DNA from: a virus
Length of the DNA stretch: 64,000 nt
Reading direction: 5' to 3' (one strand)
IMG/VR virus record: IMGVR_UViG_3300025000_000090
Span: 3,120 to 67,119 of that record
The number at the start of each line of letters is the position of its first letter. The stretch's first letter is position 1. Both the position numbers and the translations under genes were made by a program. Below, piece after piece: positions 57,277 to 64,000 of this stretch. The notes below the pieces were generated by a model. That model was not told the origin of the DNA, did no database searches, and worked only from the letters and a program-made list of their open reading frames with translations.

Positions 57277-57871
57277 AGTTACTAATTAATTCATTAAACA
57301 TAATTCTGTCATTTATATTTGTTAGTAATTTACGTATTTTTTTAATAGTATCAATTTTATTTTGAATATTTTTATTATTCTTTTTTCTGTTTGTTTTATT
57401 ATTAGTAAAGCTTTTTGCTAATTTAATATATAAATCATTAAAATCAGAATCAAACTCTCTTAGATACGAAATTTTTCTATTGCTATTTATAACAGTGGAA
57501 TGATCCTTACTTCCCAAATTACTACCTATAAACATTAATGAGCATTTTGTATATTCTAATGCTATTGATTGGCATATCTGCCTTGGTATCAATATTTCAG
57601 GTTTTCTGCTTTTAAGAAAGATATCAGTTTCATTCATTTTATAATATGAAGCGACTATTCTTTTTATAGTCAATAACTGCTTTCTATTGTTCTGAATTCT
57701 ATCATAACTTAATGATTTGTGTTTACCAGTAACGTTGTTAATCATCAGCTCTTTAGATACGGAATAATATCCTCTTTTTAATGTTTTTGAAATATCCCTC
57801 AATGAACTACCTTTTTTATACATAGCATTAGCTATAAGTAGTTCATGAGGTTTCCATACAATATTGTTCAT
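57239..57871 (-). CDS. HTH plus DnaA C-terminal (domain IV) DNA-binding protein
   Basis: 'IVASYY...DI..KSR...ILIPRQI...T..SL..IG..LG.KDHSTVINS..KI'. There is an N-terminal HTH ('GSSLRDISKTLKRGY.SV') and no AAA+ domain. Confidence 0.88.
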   Translation of the reverse strand: MNNIVWKPHELLIANAMYKKGSSLRDISKTLKRGYYSVSKELMINNVTGKHKSLSYDRIQNNRKQLLTIKRIVASYYKMNETDIFLKSRKPEILIPRQICQSIALEYTKCSLMFIGSNLGSKDHSTVINSNRKISYLREFDSDFNDLYIKLAKSFTNNKTNRKKNNKNIQNKIDTIKKIRKLLTNINDRIMFNELISNYEKSIQTTQYNK

Positions 57872-58095
57872 TATTTATCAATTACTGATGAAATTACCTT
57901 ACCACATACTTCACGTTTTGTAACTATCAGATCAGGTCCATAAGGCCAAATTCCGGTTTCATTTATAACAATATGATTATTTAAATCATCACAACAAGTT
58001 AAATTTGCTTTTATTAAAGAATTAACTTGATTACCAAATTCTTGATCGTCTGGATATTTTAATTTCAGTTCTTTCAATTTATTCAATAAACTCAT
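57871..58095 (-). CDS. Hypothetical protein
   Basis: 'YPDDQEFG' motif in a 74-aa ORF. Confidence 0.6.
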   Translation of the reverse strand: MSLLNKLKELKLKYPDDQEFGNQVNSLIKANLTCCDDLNNHIVINETGIWPYGPDLIVTKREVCGKVISSVIDK

Positions 58096-58910
58096 TACAA
58101 CATATTTTTAGTTAATACTTCTAATTCCCCAAATTTAGATGCTAATTCAATACCTTTCATGCTAACATCTAATTCCTTTTCATAATATTCAATTAATTGT
58201 TGATTTCTTGTTAATATATTGTGAGCAATTGTACCCTCAATAGCATCTCCATGAAAATCAGTAATTCTTTTTTTACTAGAATCTCTTATTTCTGAATATT
58301 TACCGTTTAATAATAAATCAAAATCTCTTTTATATTTATCTGGAATAATAAATTCATAAATTACATATTTAAAATCAATATCTATATTTCTAACAAAACA
58401 TTCATTTTCTTTAAATAGCGCTTCTTGCTTCTTATATCTCTCTGATTTTGTATATTTCATCAATAGGAATACTGAATACGGATCTTTCTTTTCTAAAAAT
58501 GTAGATTCTACATATGCATTCATTAAATACCCAATATATTGTTCATTTCTAAATTCAATAATTGATGAACTTTGTCTATTTTTAAATATAAAAGGTAAAA
58601 TAAAAATAGTTGTATTATTTAAAATAGATTCTAATAGTGAAAAACTGGTGTTGTCTTTGGGATTAATTCCTATACGGTTTACTTTATAATCAATAACCAA
58701 TTGTGAATCTCCAGTTGGAATTACACAATTATAATTATCTCCCACTCTAATAATTTCGTCTCCATACTTTATTTCTTCTACAAATCTGTTTGATTGTTTT
58801 TGTTTTTTAATTTCATAATTTAATGTTGGGAATGTAACTTTCAATTCCCCAAAATTCACTGGAGTAAACTTAACCCCATTACTTTCTAATATATTTTTTG
58901 TATTATTCAT
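58095..58910 (-). CDS. Conserved replication-region hypothetical protein
   Basis: 'TTIFILPF', 'F.IP..Y..DF.L.LNGKYSEI'. Confidence 0.6.
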   Translation of the reverse strand: MNNTKNILESNGVKFTPVNFGELKVTFPTLNYEIKKQKQSNRFVEEIKYGDEIIRVGDNYNCVIPTGDSQLVIDYKVNRIGINPKDNTSFSLLESILNNTTIFILPFIFKNRQSSSIIEFRNEQYIGYLMNAYVESTFLEKKDPYSVFLLMKYTKSERYKKQEALFKENECFVRNIDIDFKYVIYEFIIPDKYKRDFDLLLNGKYSEIRDSSKKRITDFHGDAIEGTIAHNILTRNQQLIEYYEKELDVSMKGIELASKFGELEVLTKNML

Positions 58911-58937
58911 GTTATGTGTTTTAATTTATATATATTT

Positions 58938-59801
58938 CTAGAACACATTTTCAATATCTATTTTTATTTCTTCATTTTTTTGTTCAACTGTATTAATATG
59001 TGGAAATGGCGGGAGTTGTTTACATTCTCTAAAAAAATCTTCATCACAATCCAGCATATGAAGTAATCTATAGTTCTTTTGAAACTCAAAAATACCTTGA
59101 GATAACCCATAATGTGAAATGTATCTATTCAAGATAACCATATGATATTCATCTTTATTACTAAAATCCTTTAATATATTACCGGCTTTAGATTCTCCTA
59201 TTTTTGGGATTCCAACAACTGAATCTGAACTATCTCCCATTAATAATTGCTTTGCTTTAAAATAATCAGATTCTTCCTGAATCGTCTCAATCCACCAACC
59301 TTTATTAAAATCATTATCAGTCAAGAGTTCTTTAGGCTTTGATTTAGATTCTTCTTTAATTCTGTATGAATAATTAAAGTGAGTTCCTGGAATTGATTGT
59401 AACAAATCTTTGTCAATTGCACACATGATTTTATCGAAAATTCCACATAATTCTGGAAGTTCTGAAATATCCCACTCTTTTTTATTCATCCAATAAGCAA
59501 CTGCATCATCTGCTTCATATCCAATAGATACATTTAAGCTATATTCCGCAATAGCCCATGCTTTTAAGGCTTGTAAATACTTAGGTGGTTCTTGTGTACG
59601 GTTAGCTTTATATCCTTCAAATATATGGTGTCTAAATGTTTTACCATTACTTGTAAATCCAGCCCAATGTGAACACTTAGTTTCCACTAAGCAATTGTTT
59701 AGTTTCTCTTTGAATTTAACAATACATTCTTCAAGCGAGGGCAAGTTTCCCGCTTGATAGAACATAGAGTCAATGTCTATTAATGATATTGTTTTATTCA
59801 T
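58938..59801 (-). CDS. 5'-3' (flap) exonuclease, T7 gp6 / PolI N-terminal-like
   Basis: 'LIDIDS', 'FR...YKANR', 'EADD', 'IDKDL' and the H3TH motif 'GDSSD.V.GIPKIG..KA'. Confidence 0.93.
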   Translation of the reverse strand: MNKTISLIDIDSMFYQAGNLPSLEECIVKFKEKLNNCLVETKCSHWAGFTSNGKTFRHHIFEGYKANRTQEPPKYLQALKAWAIAEYSLNVSIGYEADDAVAYWMNKKEWDISELPELCGIFDKIMCAIDKDLLQSIPGTHFNYSYRIKEESKSKPKELLTDNDFNKGWWIETIQEESDYFKAKQLLMGDSSDSVVGIPKIGESKAGNILKDFSNKDEYHMVILNRYISHYGLSQGIFEFQKNYRLLHMLDCDEDFFRECKQLPPFPHINTVEQKNEEIKIDIENVF

Positions 59802-60022
59802 TTTAAATCTTCTTTTTTGAAAAAATTAATTTTATCTCCCATTAATCCATGATGCCATTCTATTGGTTCTATTTTATCAAGTAAATCTCCATATTTTTTT
59901 CTTGAAGTTTTATTATCTGGAATTAGTCCTTTATTTGAAGCCTCTGAATATCCAACAGAATAAGAATTTCTTCTCCTCATGTTTCCATCCCTAGAAGTAT
60001 AAAATTTTCTATTCGTCATCAT
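59798..60022 (-). CDS. Hypothetical protein
   Basis: 74-aa basic ORF. Confidence 0.5.
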   Translation of the reverse strand: MMTNRKFYTSRDGNMRRRNSYSVGYSEASNKGLIPDNKTSRKKYGDLLDKIEPIEWHHGLMGDKINFFKKEDLK

Positions 60023-60161
60023 TTACTGCTATTATTGTATAATCATTTTCATCTGGAGTTGGATCTAAATTTAAATCGGTAGCAGAAACAGCATCTAACC
60101 AAGCTTCATCTGGATTATTTCCATCCCCAATTAATCTAACTGTAAATAAGTATCTATTCAT
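60009..60161 (-). CDS. 50-aa acidic protein (not in ORF track)
   Basis: MNRYLFTVRLIGDGNNPDEAWLDAV...NDDE. Overlaps both neighbours. Confidence 0.6.
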   Translation of the reverse strand: MNRYLFTVRLIGDGNNPDEAWLDAVSATDLNLDPTPDENDYTIIAVNDDE

Positions 60162-60342
60162 TTAATAATCTTTTTAATGTTCTTATTTGTATCGTAATTT
60201 TAATAACTTCATTTCTATCTTTTGTGGAAAAACTATTAGATAATCTTTCACAAAATATATATAATGAATTATTTAACCTGGATATTTCTTTGTTTATTTT
60301 TTCTTCCATTTTGTTTATTTGAGTAACAAAAAACCTCTTCAA
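60154..60342 (-). CDS. Hypothetical helical-hairpin protein
   Basis: Short ORF whose probable start is MEEKINKEI. Confidence 0.5.
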   Translation of the reverse strand: MKRFFVTQINKMEEKINKEISRLNNSLYIFCERLSNSFSTKDRNEVIKITIQIRTLKRLLNE

Positions 60343-60751
60343 TCCATTTGTTAAGATTTTCAGAGGTTTTATTTATTTTATCAATGTAATTATCTATTGG
60401 TTCTTTTGGATACCATACTACATACCCAATTCCCCTAACCCTTAAATCTATTCCAGTTCCACTTGTTTTATTAGGCAGTTTTTTATCTCCAGAGTAACGG
60501 AGCCAGAAATGTTGTCCATTGTTTTTGGTAGGATAGTTGAATGTTTTATCCAATTCTATTTTAATATCAACGGGAATCTTTTTAAATCCATCTTTATCTC
60601 CATGTCTATCAACATCAACAACTATATAGTCATCTTCTGGGGCAATACCAAGATCATATCCATATGGAATAGCTCCTCTGAATTTAGTTCCTTTTTGCAA
60701 ACTGCCCCATTTGCAGATAGGTTTTTTGTTGCGGACTAAGAACTCCTTCAT
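60269..60751 (-). CDS. Stand-alone bifunctional primase-polymerase (Prim-Pol) domain
   Basis: AEP motifs 'KKP...W', 'IVVDVD', 'T.NNG.HFW' and 'GIDLR...GYVV'. Confidence 0.85.
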   Translation of the reverse strand: MKEFLVRNKKPICKWGSLQKGTKFRGAIPYGYDLGIAPEDDYIVVDVDRHGDKDGFKKIPVDIKIELDKTFNYPTKNNGQHFWLRYSGDKKLPNKTSGTGIDLRVRGIGYVVWYPKEPIDNYIDKINKTSENLNKWIEEVFCYSNKQNGRKNKQRNIQVK

Positions 60752-60753
60752 AA

Positions 60754-61026
60754 TTAGAACCTATATTGTTCTTTAGCTTCTAAAGTTGACCACCAATTAC
60801 CGTAGTTATTATTTTCAGTGTACTCAAAAACTCTTATTAATTCATCAGTATCTGATATATCTACATCTTTCATTTGTTCCTCCAATTCACTAAAACTCAA
60901 TCCCAAATAACAAGCATATCCAGATATAATGCAACAAACTGAATTTAGTTCACTACCAAATCCAGTAAAATCCAATTCATTATCTTCTATGAATTTCTTT
61001 ATTTTATTTACTTTTCTAGCTACCAT
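60754..61026 (-). CDS. Hypothetical protein
   Basis: 90-aa ORF containing 'NNYGNWW...AK..Y.F'. Confidence 0.6.
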   Translation of the reverse strand: MVARKVNKIKKFIEDNELDFTGFGSELNSVCCIISGYACYLGLSFSELEEQMKDVDISDTDELIRVFEYTENNNYGNWWSTLEAKEQYRF

Positions 61027-61038
61027 AATACTTTAATA

Positions 61039-61242
61039 TTAAATGTTTTCATAAGAGTTTTCTGCAACAAAATCTGCTATAAACTGTTCTAATTCCCCTT
61101 TTTCAAGGCCAAGCTCATCAAAATCGTCTTTATTACCAATCCTTCTCCATGTTTCCTTGTTATTCTCTAATTTGTTGGGTCCATTTGGACTCTCTAGGGC
61201 CGCAAGTAAATCATCAATTGTATAAACCTTCTCTTTCGTCAT
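61039..61242 (-). CDS. Hypothetical acidic protein
   Basis: 67-aa ORF within the operon. Confidence 0.6.
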   Translation of the reverse strand: MTKEKVYTIDDLLAALESPNGPNKLENNKETWRRIGNKDDFDELGLEKGELEQFIADFVAENSYENI

Positions 61243-61244
61243 AT

Positions 61245-62006
61245 TTATATTTCTTTAATTTTTTCATTAATAAGTTCCATTTGCTTATCTGTGATTTCAT
61301 GTGTTTCAAGCCAAATTTCACAAATTTTCTTTACTATCTTAGTGTTCTTTTTTCTAATTTTTAATTTCTCGCTATAAGTTTCTGAACTGAAAATATCTTG
61401 ATGTTTCTGAATTTCGTCAATTAATTCAATATATTTATGAACAACAGCATCTGTATTATAGCCTCTTTTATGATATTTAAATACACGATTTAGTTGCCTC
61501 AAAATTCTACTAATTTGCCATAATTCACTTTCGTAATAGTTTGAATTCCAACGATTCCATGATGCTATTTTTGTGGTTGTACTATCTCCAGTAAGATCTA
61601 ATTCTTTTTGTAAGTATGTATCATATCCCTTACAAATAATATCTAAATCAAATGAAGATAAAACTGAATAAATATTTGTACAATTTTGTTTGTAAATAAT
61701 ATTTACTTCTATGCAAGTATTAAAACAAAATTTAATTGTTTGTATTCCCATCTTGGGAAATTTTTGTTTATCTTTGCGAAATTTGTCACTCTTCCACCTT
61801 TCAAGTGGATCCAATATTTGAAACATGTCGCTATGATACATAGCATAATACATTTGTGTGAATGATTGTTCTGAATATGCAAAAAAATCAATATCTTGTA
61901 CATGTTTTTCATCAGGAAAATAATTCAACAATATTGAACCTGTTAAACATCCTGGTAATTTTTGCTCTTTTATCCAAGCAATTGCATTATCTATATTTTC
62001 CTTCAT
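61245..62006 (-). CDS. Pol beta-superfamily nucleotidyltransferase
   Basis: 'CLTGS...DIDFF', 'VLSSFDL.I...GYD' and 'R..KY..RGY'. Confidence 0.72.
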   Translation of the reverse strand: MKENIDNAIAWIKEQKLPGCLTGSILLNYFPDEKHVQDIDFFAYSEQSFTQMYYAMYHSDMFQILDPLERWKSDKFRKDKQKFPKMGIQTIKFCFNTCIEVNIIYKQNCTNIYSVLSSFDLDIICKGYDTYLQKELDLTGDSTTTKIASWNRWNSNYYESELWQISRILRQLNRVFKYHKRGYNTDAVVHKYIELIDEIQKHQDIFSSETYSEKLKIRKKNTKIVKKICEIWLETHEITDKQMELINEKIKEI

Positions 62007-62009
62007 TTA

Positions 62010-62041
62010 TTTGTTTTTTAATTATATTTATTGTACATTTG
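62010..62041 (+). promoter_or_regulatory. Consensus Bacteroidota promoter for the inverted endonuclease
   Basis: TTTG(62010)-N20-TACATTTG(62034), followed by ACCC-ATG. Confidence 0.7.
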
Positions 62042-62045
62042 ACCC

Positions 62046-62780
62046 ATGAGTAAGAAACTAACAACTAAAGAATTTATAGATCGTACTAAAAAATTACACA
62101 ACAATAAATTTGATTATACTTTAGTCAAATATATTAGTAATCAAATCAAAGTTAAAATCATATGTCCTATTCATGGTGAGTTTGAACAACGTCCAGCAAC
62201 TCATTTACTTGGTATAGGTTGTGAAAAATGTGGTGTAGAAAAGAGAGCCTCAAAAAAAAGATTTTCATTGAGTGAGTTTATTTTAAAATCAAATACAGTT
62301 CATAACAATAATTATGATTATTCATTAGTGAAATATAAAACTATTTTTATTAAAGTTGACATAATATGTAAAAAATGTAACACAATATTTAATCAGGCTT
62401 CATATAGTCATTTAAAAAAACATGGTTGTCCAAAATGCAATTTAGGCTCTTTAACAGGCTGGTCAAAAACACAATGGATTGATTTTTGTGAATTAAAAAC
62501 AAGGGAACCTCTTTTATATATTATAAGATGTTATAATGAAAATGAAGAGTTTATTAAAATTGGAAGAACATCAACATCTACCATAAAAAGATTTAAGAAA
62601 AAACAAACTATGCCCTATGAATATGAGGTAATTAAGGAAATTAAAGGCTCTCCGGGGTTCATATTTGATAAAGAGGTTAAATTACATAGATTATATAAAG
62701 AGTATAAATATAAACCTTTAATTCATTTTGGTGGTGAAACAGAATGTTTTAATATTTCAATACTCAAAGATTTTGTTTAA
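62046..62780 (+). mobile_element. Homing endonuclease with two DUF723-like zinc repeats and a GIY-YIG/T5orf172-like domain
   Basis: Two 'H...YDY..V.Y...KV.IIC..H/C..F.Q...HL...GC.KC' units, then 'LYII...FIKIGRT...RF...E..LH...GGETECF'. It is inverted relative to its neighbours. Confidence 0.85.
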
Positions 62781-62820
62781 TTAATGACTTGTTCAATGTT
62801 TTCTTTCATAAAAGGTTTTT

Positions 62821-62852
62821 AAAAACCCCAAACTATCTCTAATCTGGGGTTT
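62821..62852. terminator. Hairpin terminator between convergent genes
   Basis: AAACCCCA-N14-TGGGGTTT with flanking A/T runs. Confidence 0.6.
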
Positions 62853-62864
62853 AAATTTAATTAA

Positions 62865-63362
62865 CTAAACTAAATCAATAACTTCTTTTGATGCAGCAAT
62901 AATCTCTCCCATTGTATAAATTTTATTCAATTTAACGATGTCTTTAGAGAAGAATAAACCAAACTCTTCAAATTCTGCAATTACATTGAAAGCTTGTAAG
63001 AATGAGTTCATTTTCTCATTAGTACTGCTTTTATCTTTAAACTTAATAAACTCCAAAGCTTCAGCTTCTAATTTCTTAGTAATTTCCATCTTAGGTTTAC
63101 TATCAGTTGCAAGATATTCTTTTTGTTGATCTTCTGATAATTTACGTTTAACCTTAAACATAATTTCTTCTAAGTTATCAACTTTTTTGCCAACAAAATC
63201 CTTACCTTTTGCTTCTTTAGCAAACTCAACTATATACTCAGCGTGCTTTTGAGCTTTAATAAAGTCTTCATTTGTTACTGGAGTTTCACTTACTGAGTTG
63301 AGAACCATGTAACCACCATTAACTAATTTTAATTCACCATTTTTTACAAAGATTTTTTCCAT
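62865..63362 (-). CDS. Hypothetical protein
   Basis: 165-aa ORF with an A-rich leader and a downstream hairpin. Confidence 0.7.
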   Translation of the reverse strand: MEKIFVKNGELKLVNGGYMVLNSVSETPVTNEDFIKAQKHAEYIVEFAKEAKGKDFVGKKVDNLEEIMFKVKRKLSEDQQKEYLATDSKPKMEITKKLEAEALEFIKFKDKSSTNEKMNSFLQAFNVIAEFEEFGLFFSKDIVKLNKIYTMGEIIAASKEVIDLV

Positions 63363-63382
63363 TTTTACTATTTTATTAATTA

Positions 63383-63571
63383 TTAATCTGTTTGTTGTTT
63401 AATATATTCCAATGCCTCATCTTTTGATTTAGCATTAAATTAGTAAACTACTTGTTCTACAAAATCACTTTCTTCAGCTTCATCAGTATCTCTTTTATCA
63501 AAATACCTTTTAGCTTGGTAAGTTCCTGATACGTGTTTATAGCCCCATCATAAATTTAGATTTTCTTCCAT
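63383..63571 (-). pseudogene. Small gene with two in-frame stops
   Basis: MEENLNL*WGYKHVSGTYQAKRYF...ESDFVEQVVY*FNAKSKDEALEYI, with TGA at 63548 and TAA at 63440. Confidence 0.7.
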
Positions 63572-63574
63572 ATT

Positions 63575-63976
63575 CTAAGCTAAATATTTTACCCACCTAT
63601 CTATTTTTTCTATATCATCAATCTCAAACCAATCGGCATATCCTGCGACATTAACTGTTCCTTCAACATGAAATGAAATCAATTTATCAATCTCCCATTT
63701 GCATAACTTCTTACCATCTTTTCTACTTATTTCTGTTGTATTATTGTTAAAAGCATTATTCCACGCCATACTTGGCGAATGATTATCTCCAAATACAATA
63801 GCTGTTTTATAATGCCTCTTTTCTTCAGTTACTAATTTCTTAAACCAAACTTGATCATTATCCATACCATTTTCTTTGTAGATTGTTTCTACATTCAAAT
63901 CATTTAATGATTCATATGGATATAGAGTTGATTTACTGCCAGTTATTAGAATATCGGCATAAAATGATTCAGCCAT
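63575..63976 (-). CDS. Hypothetical protein, possibly extending beyond the window
   Basis: 133-aa ORF at the window edge, containing 'AIVFGDN'. Confidence 0.55.
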   Translation of the reverse strand: MAESFYADILITGSKSTLYPYESLNDLNVETIYKENGMDNDQVWFKKLVTEEKRHYKTAIVFGDNHSPSMAWNNAFNNNTTEISRKDGKKLCKWEIDKLISFHVEGTVNVAGYADWFEIDDIEKIDRWVKYLA

Positions 63977-64000
63977 GTTCTTTGATAAAGTTAAACAAGT

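Noticed and set aside
57239-57871. Calling this gene dnaA, or 55166..55855 dnaE, as host contamination
   Set aside because: Both lack their catalytic domains and are embedded in a tightly packed phage operon.
21-63976. Stop-codon reassignment (TAG to Gln or TGA to Trp), as in some crAss-like phages
   Set aside because: Large genes are open in the standard code. TAG ends portal, MCP, muzzle and vRNAP at sensible places. The internal stops are a mix of TAA and TGA at positions implying different residues.
1-64000. tRNA, rRNA, CRISPR arrays, integrase or transposase
   Set aside because: None were recognised. Intergenic gaps are short and are explained by promoters, terminators or pseudogenes. 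No covariance search was run.

Overview
This AT-rich window is about 64 kb of a crAss-like bacteriophage genome (Crassvirales-type gene order) in the standard genetic code. The host is inferred to be a member of Bacteroidota, from TTTG-N19/20-TAnnTTTG promoters and A-rich, SD-less starts. The + strand (21-47462) is the virion module: portal, major capsid protein, five ring proteins, auxiliary capsid protein, tail hub and fibres, a GH108 lysis cassette, an IHF/HU-like protein, the muzzle protein, cargo proteins, and a 3659-aa virion RNA polymerase with a zincin domain. A ferritin gene sits between the giant cargo genes. After a bidirectional terminator, the - strand (47518-63976) holds small early and replication-associated genes: MazG-like, DUF932, HD hydrolase, DnaA domain IV, DnaE C-terminal fragment, AP2, 5'-3' exonuclease, PrimPol and a nucleotidyltransferase, plus two homing endonucleases (one inverted onto +). 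The best leads are: (1) stand-alone fragments of host replication proteins (DnaE clamp-binding/OB part, DnaA DNA-binding domain); (2) a circularly permuted FISUMP adhesin; (3) a vRNAP with a cellular-type DxDGD motif; (4) the ferritin with its own embedded promoter; (5) promoters whose -33 element lies in an inverted repeat; (6) about seven small genes, including a holin, broken by stops or frameshifts while the large genes are intact. All family calls come from motif recognition by eye and from gene order; no searches were run.
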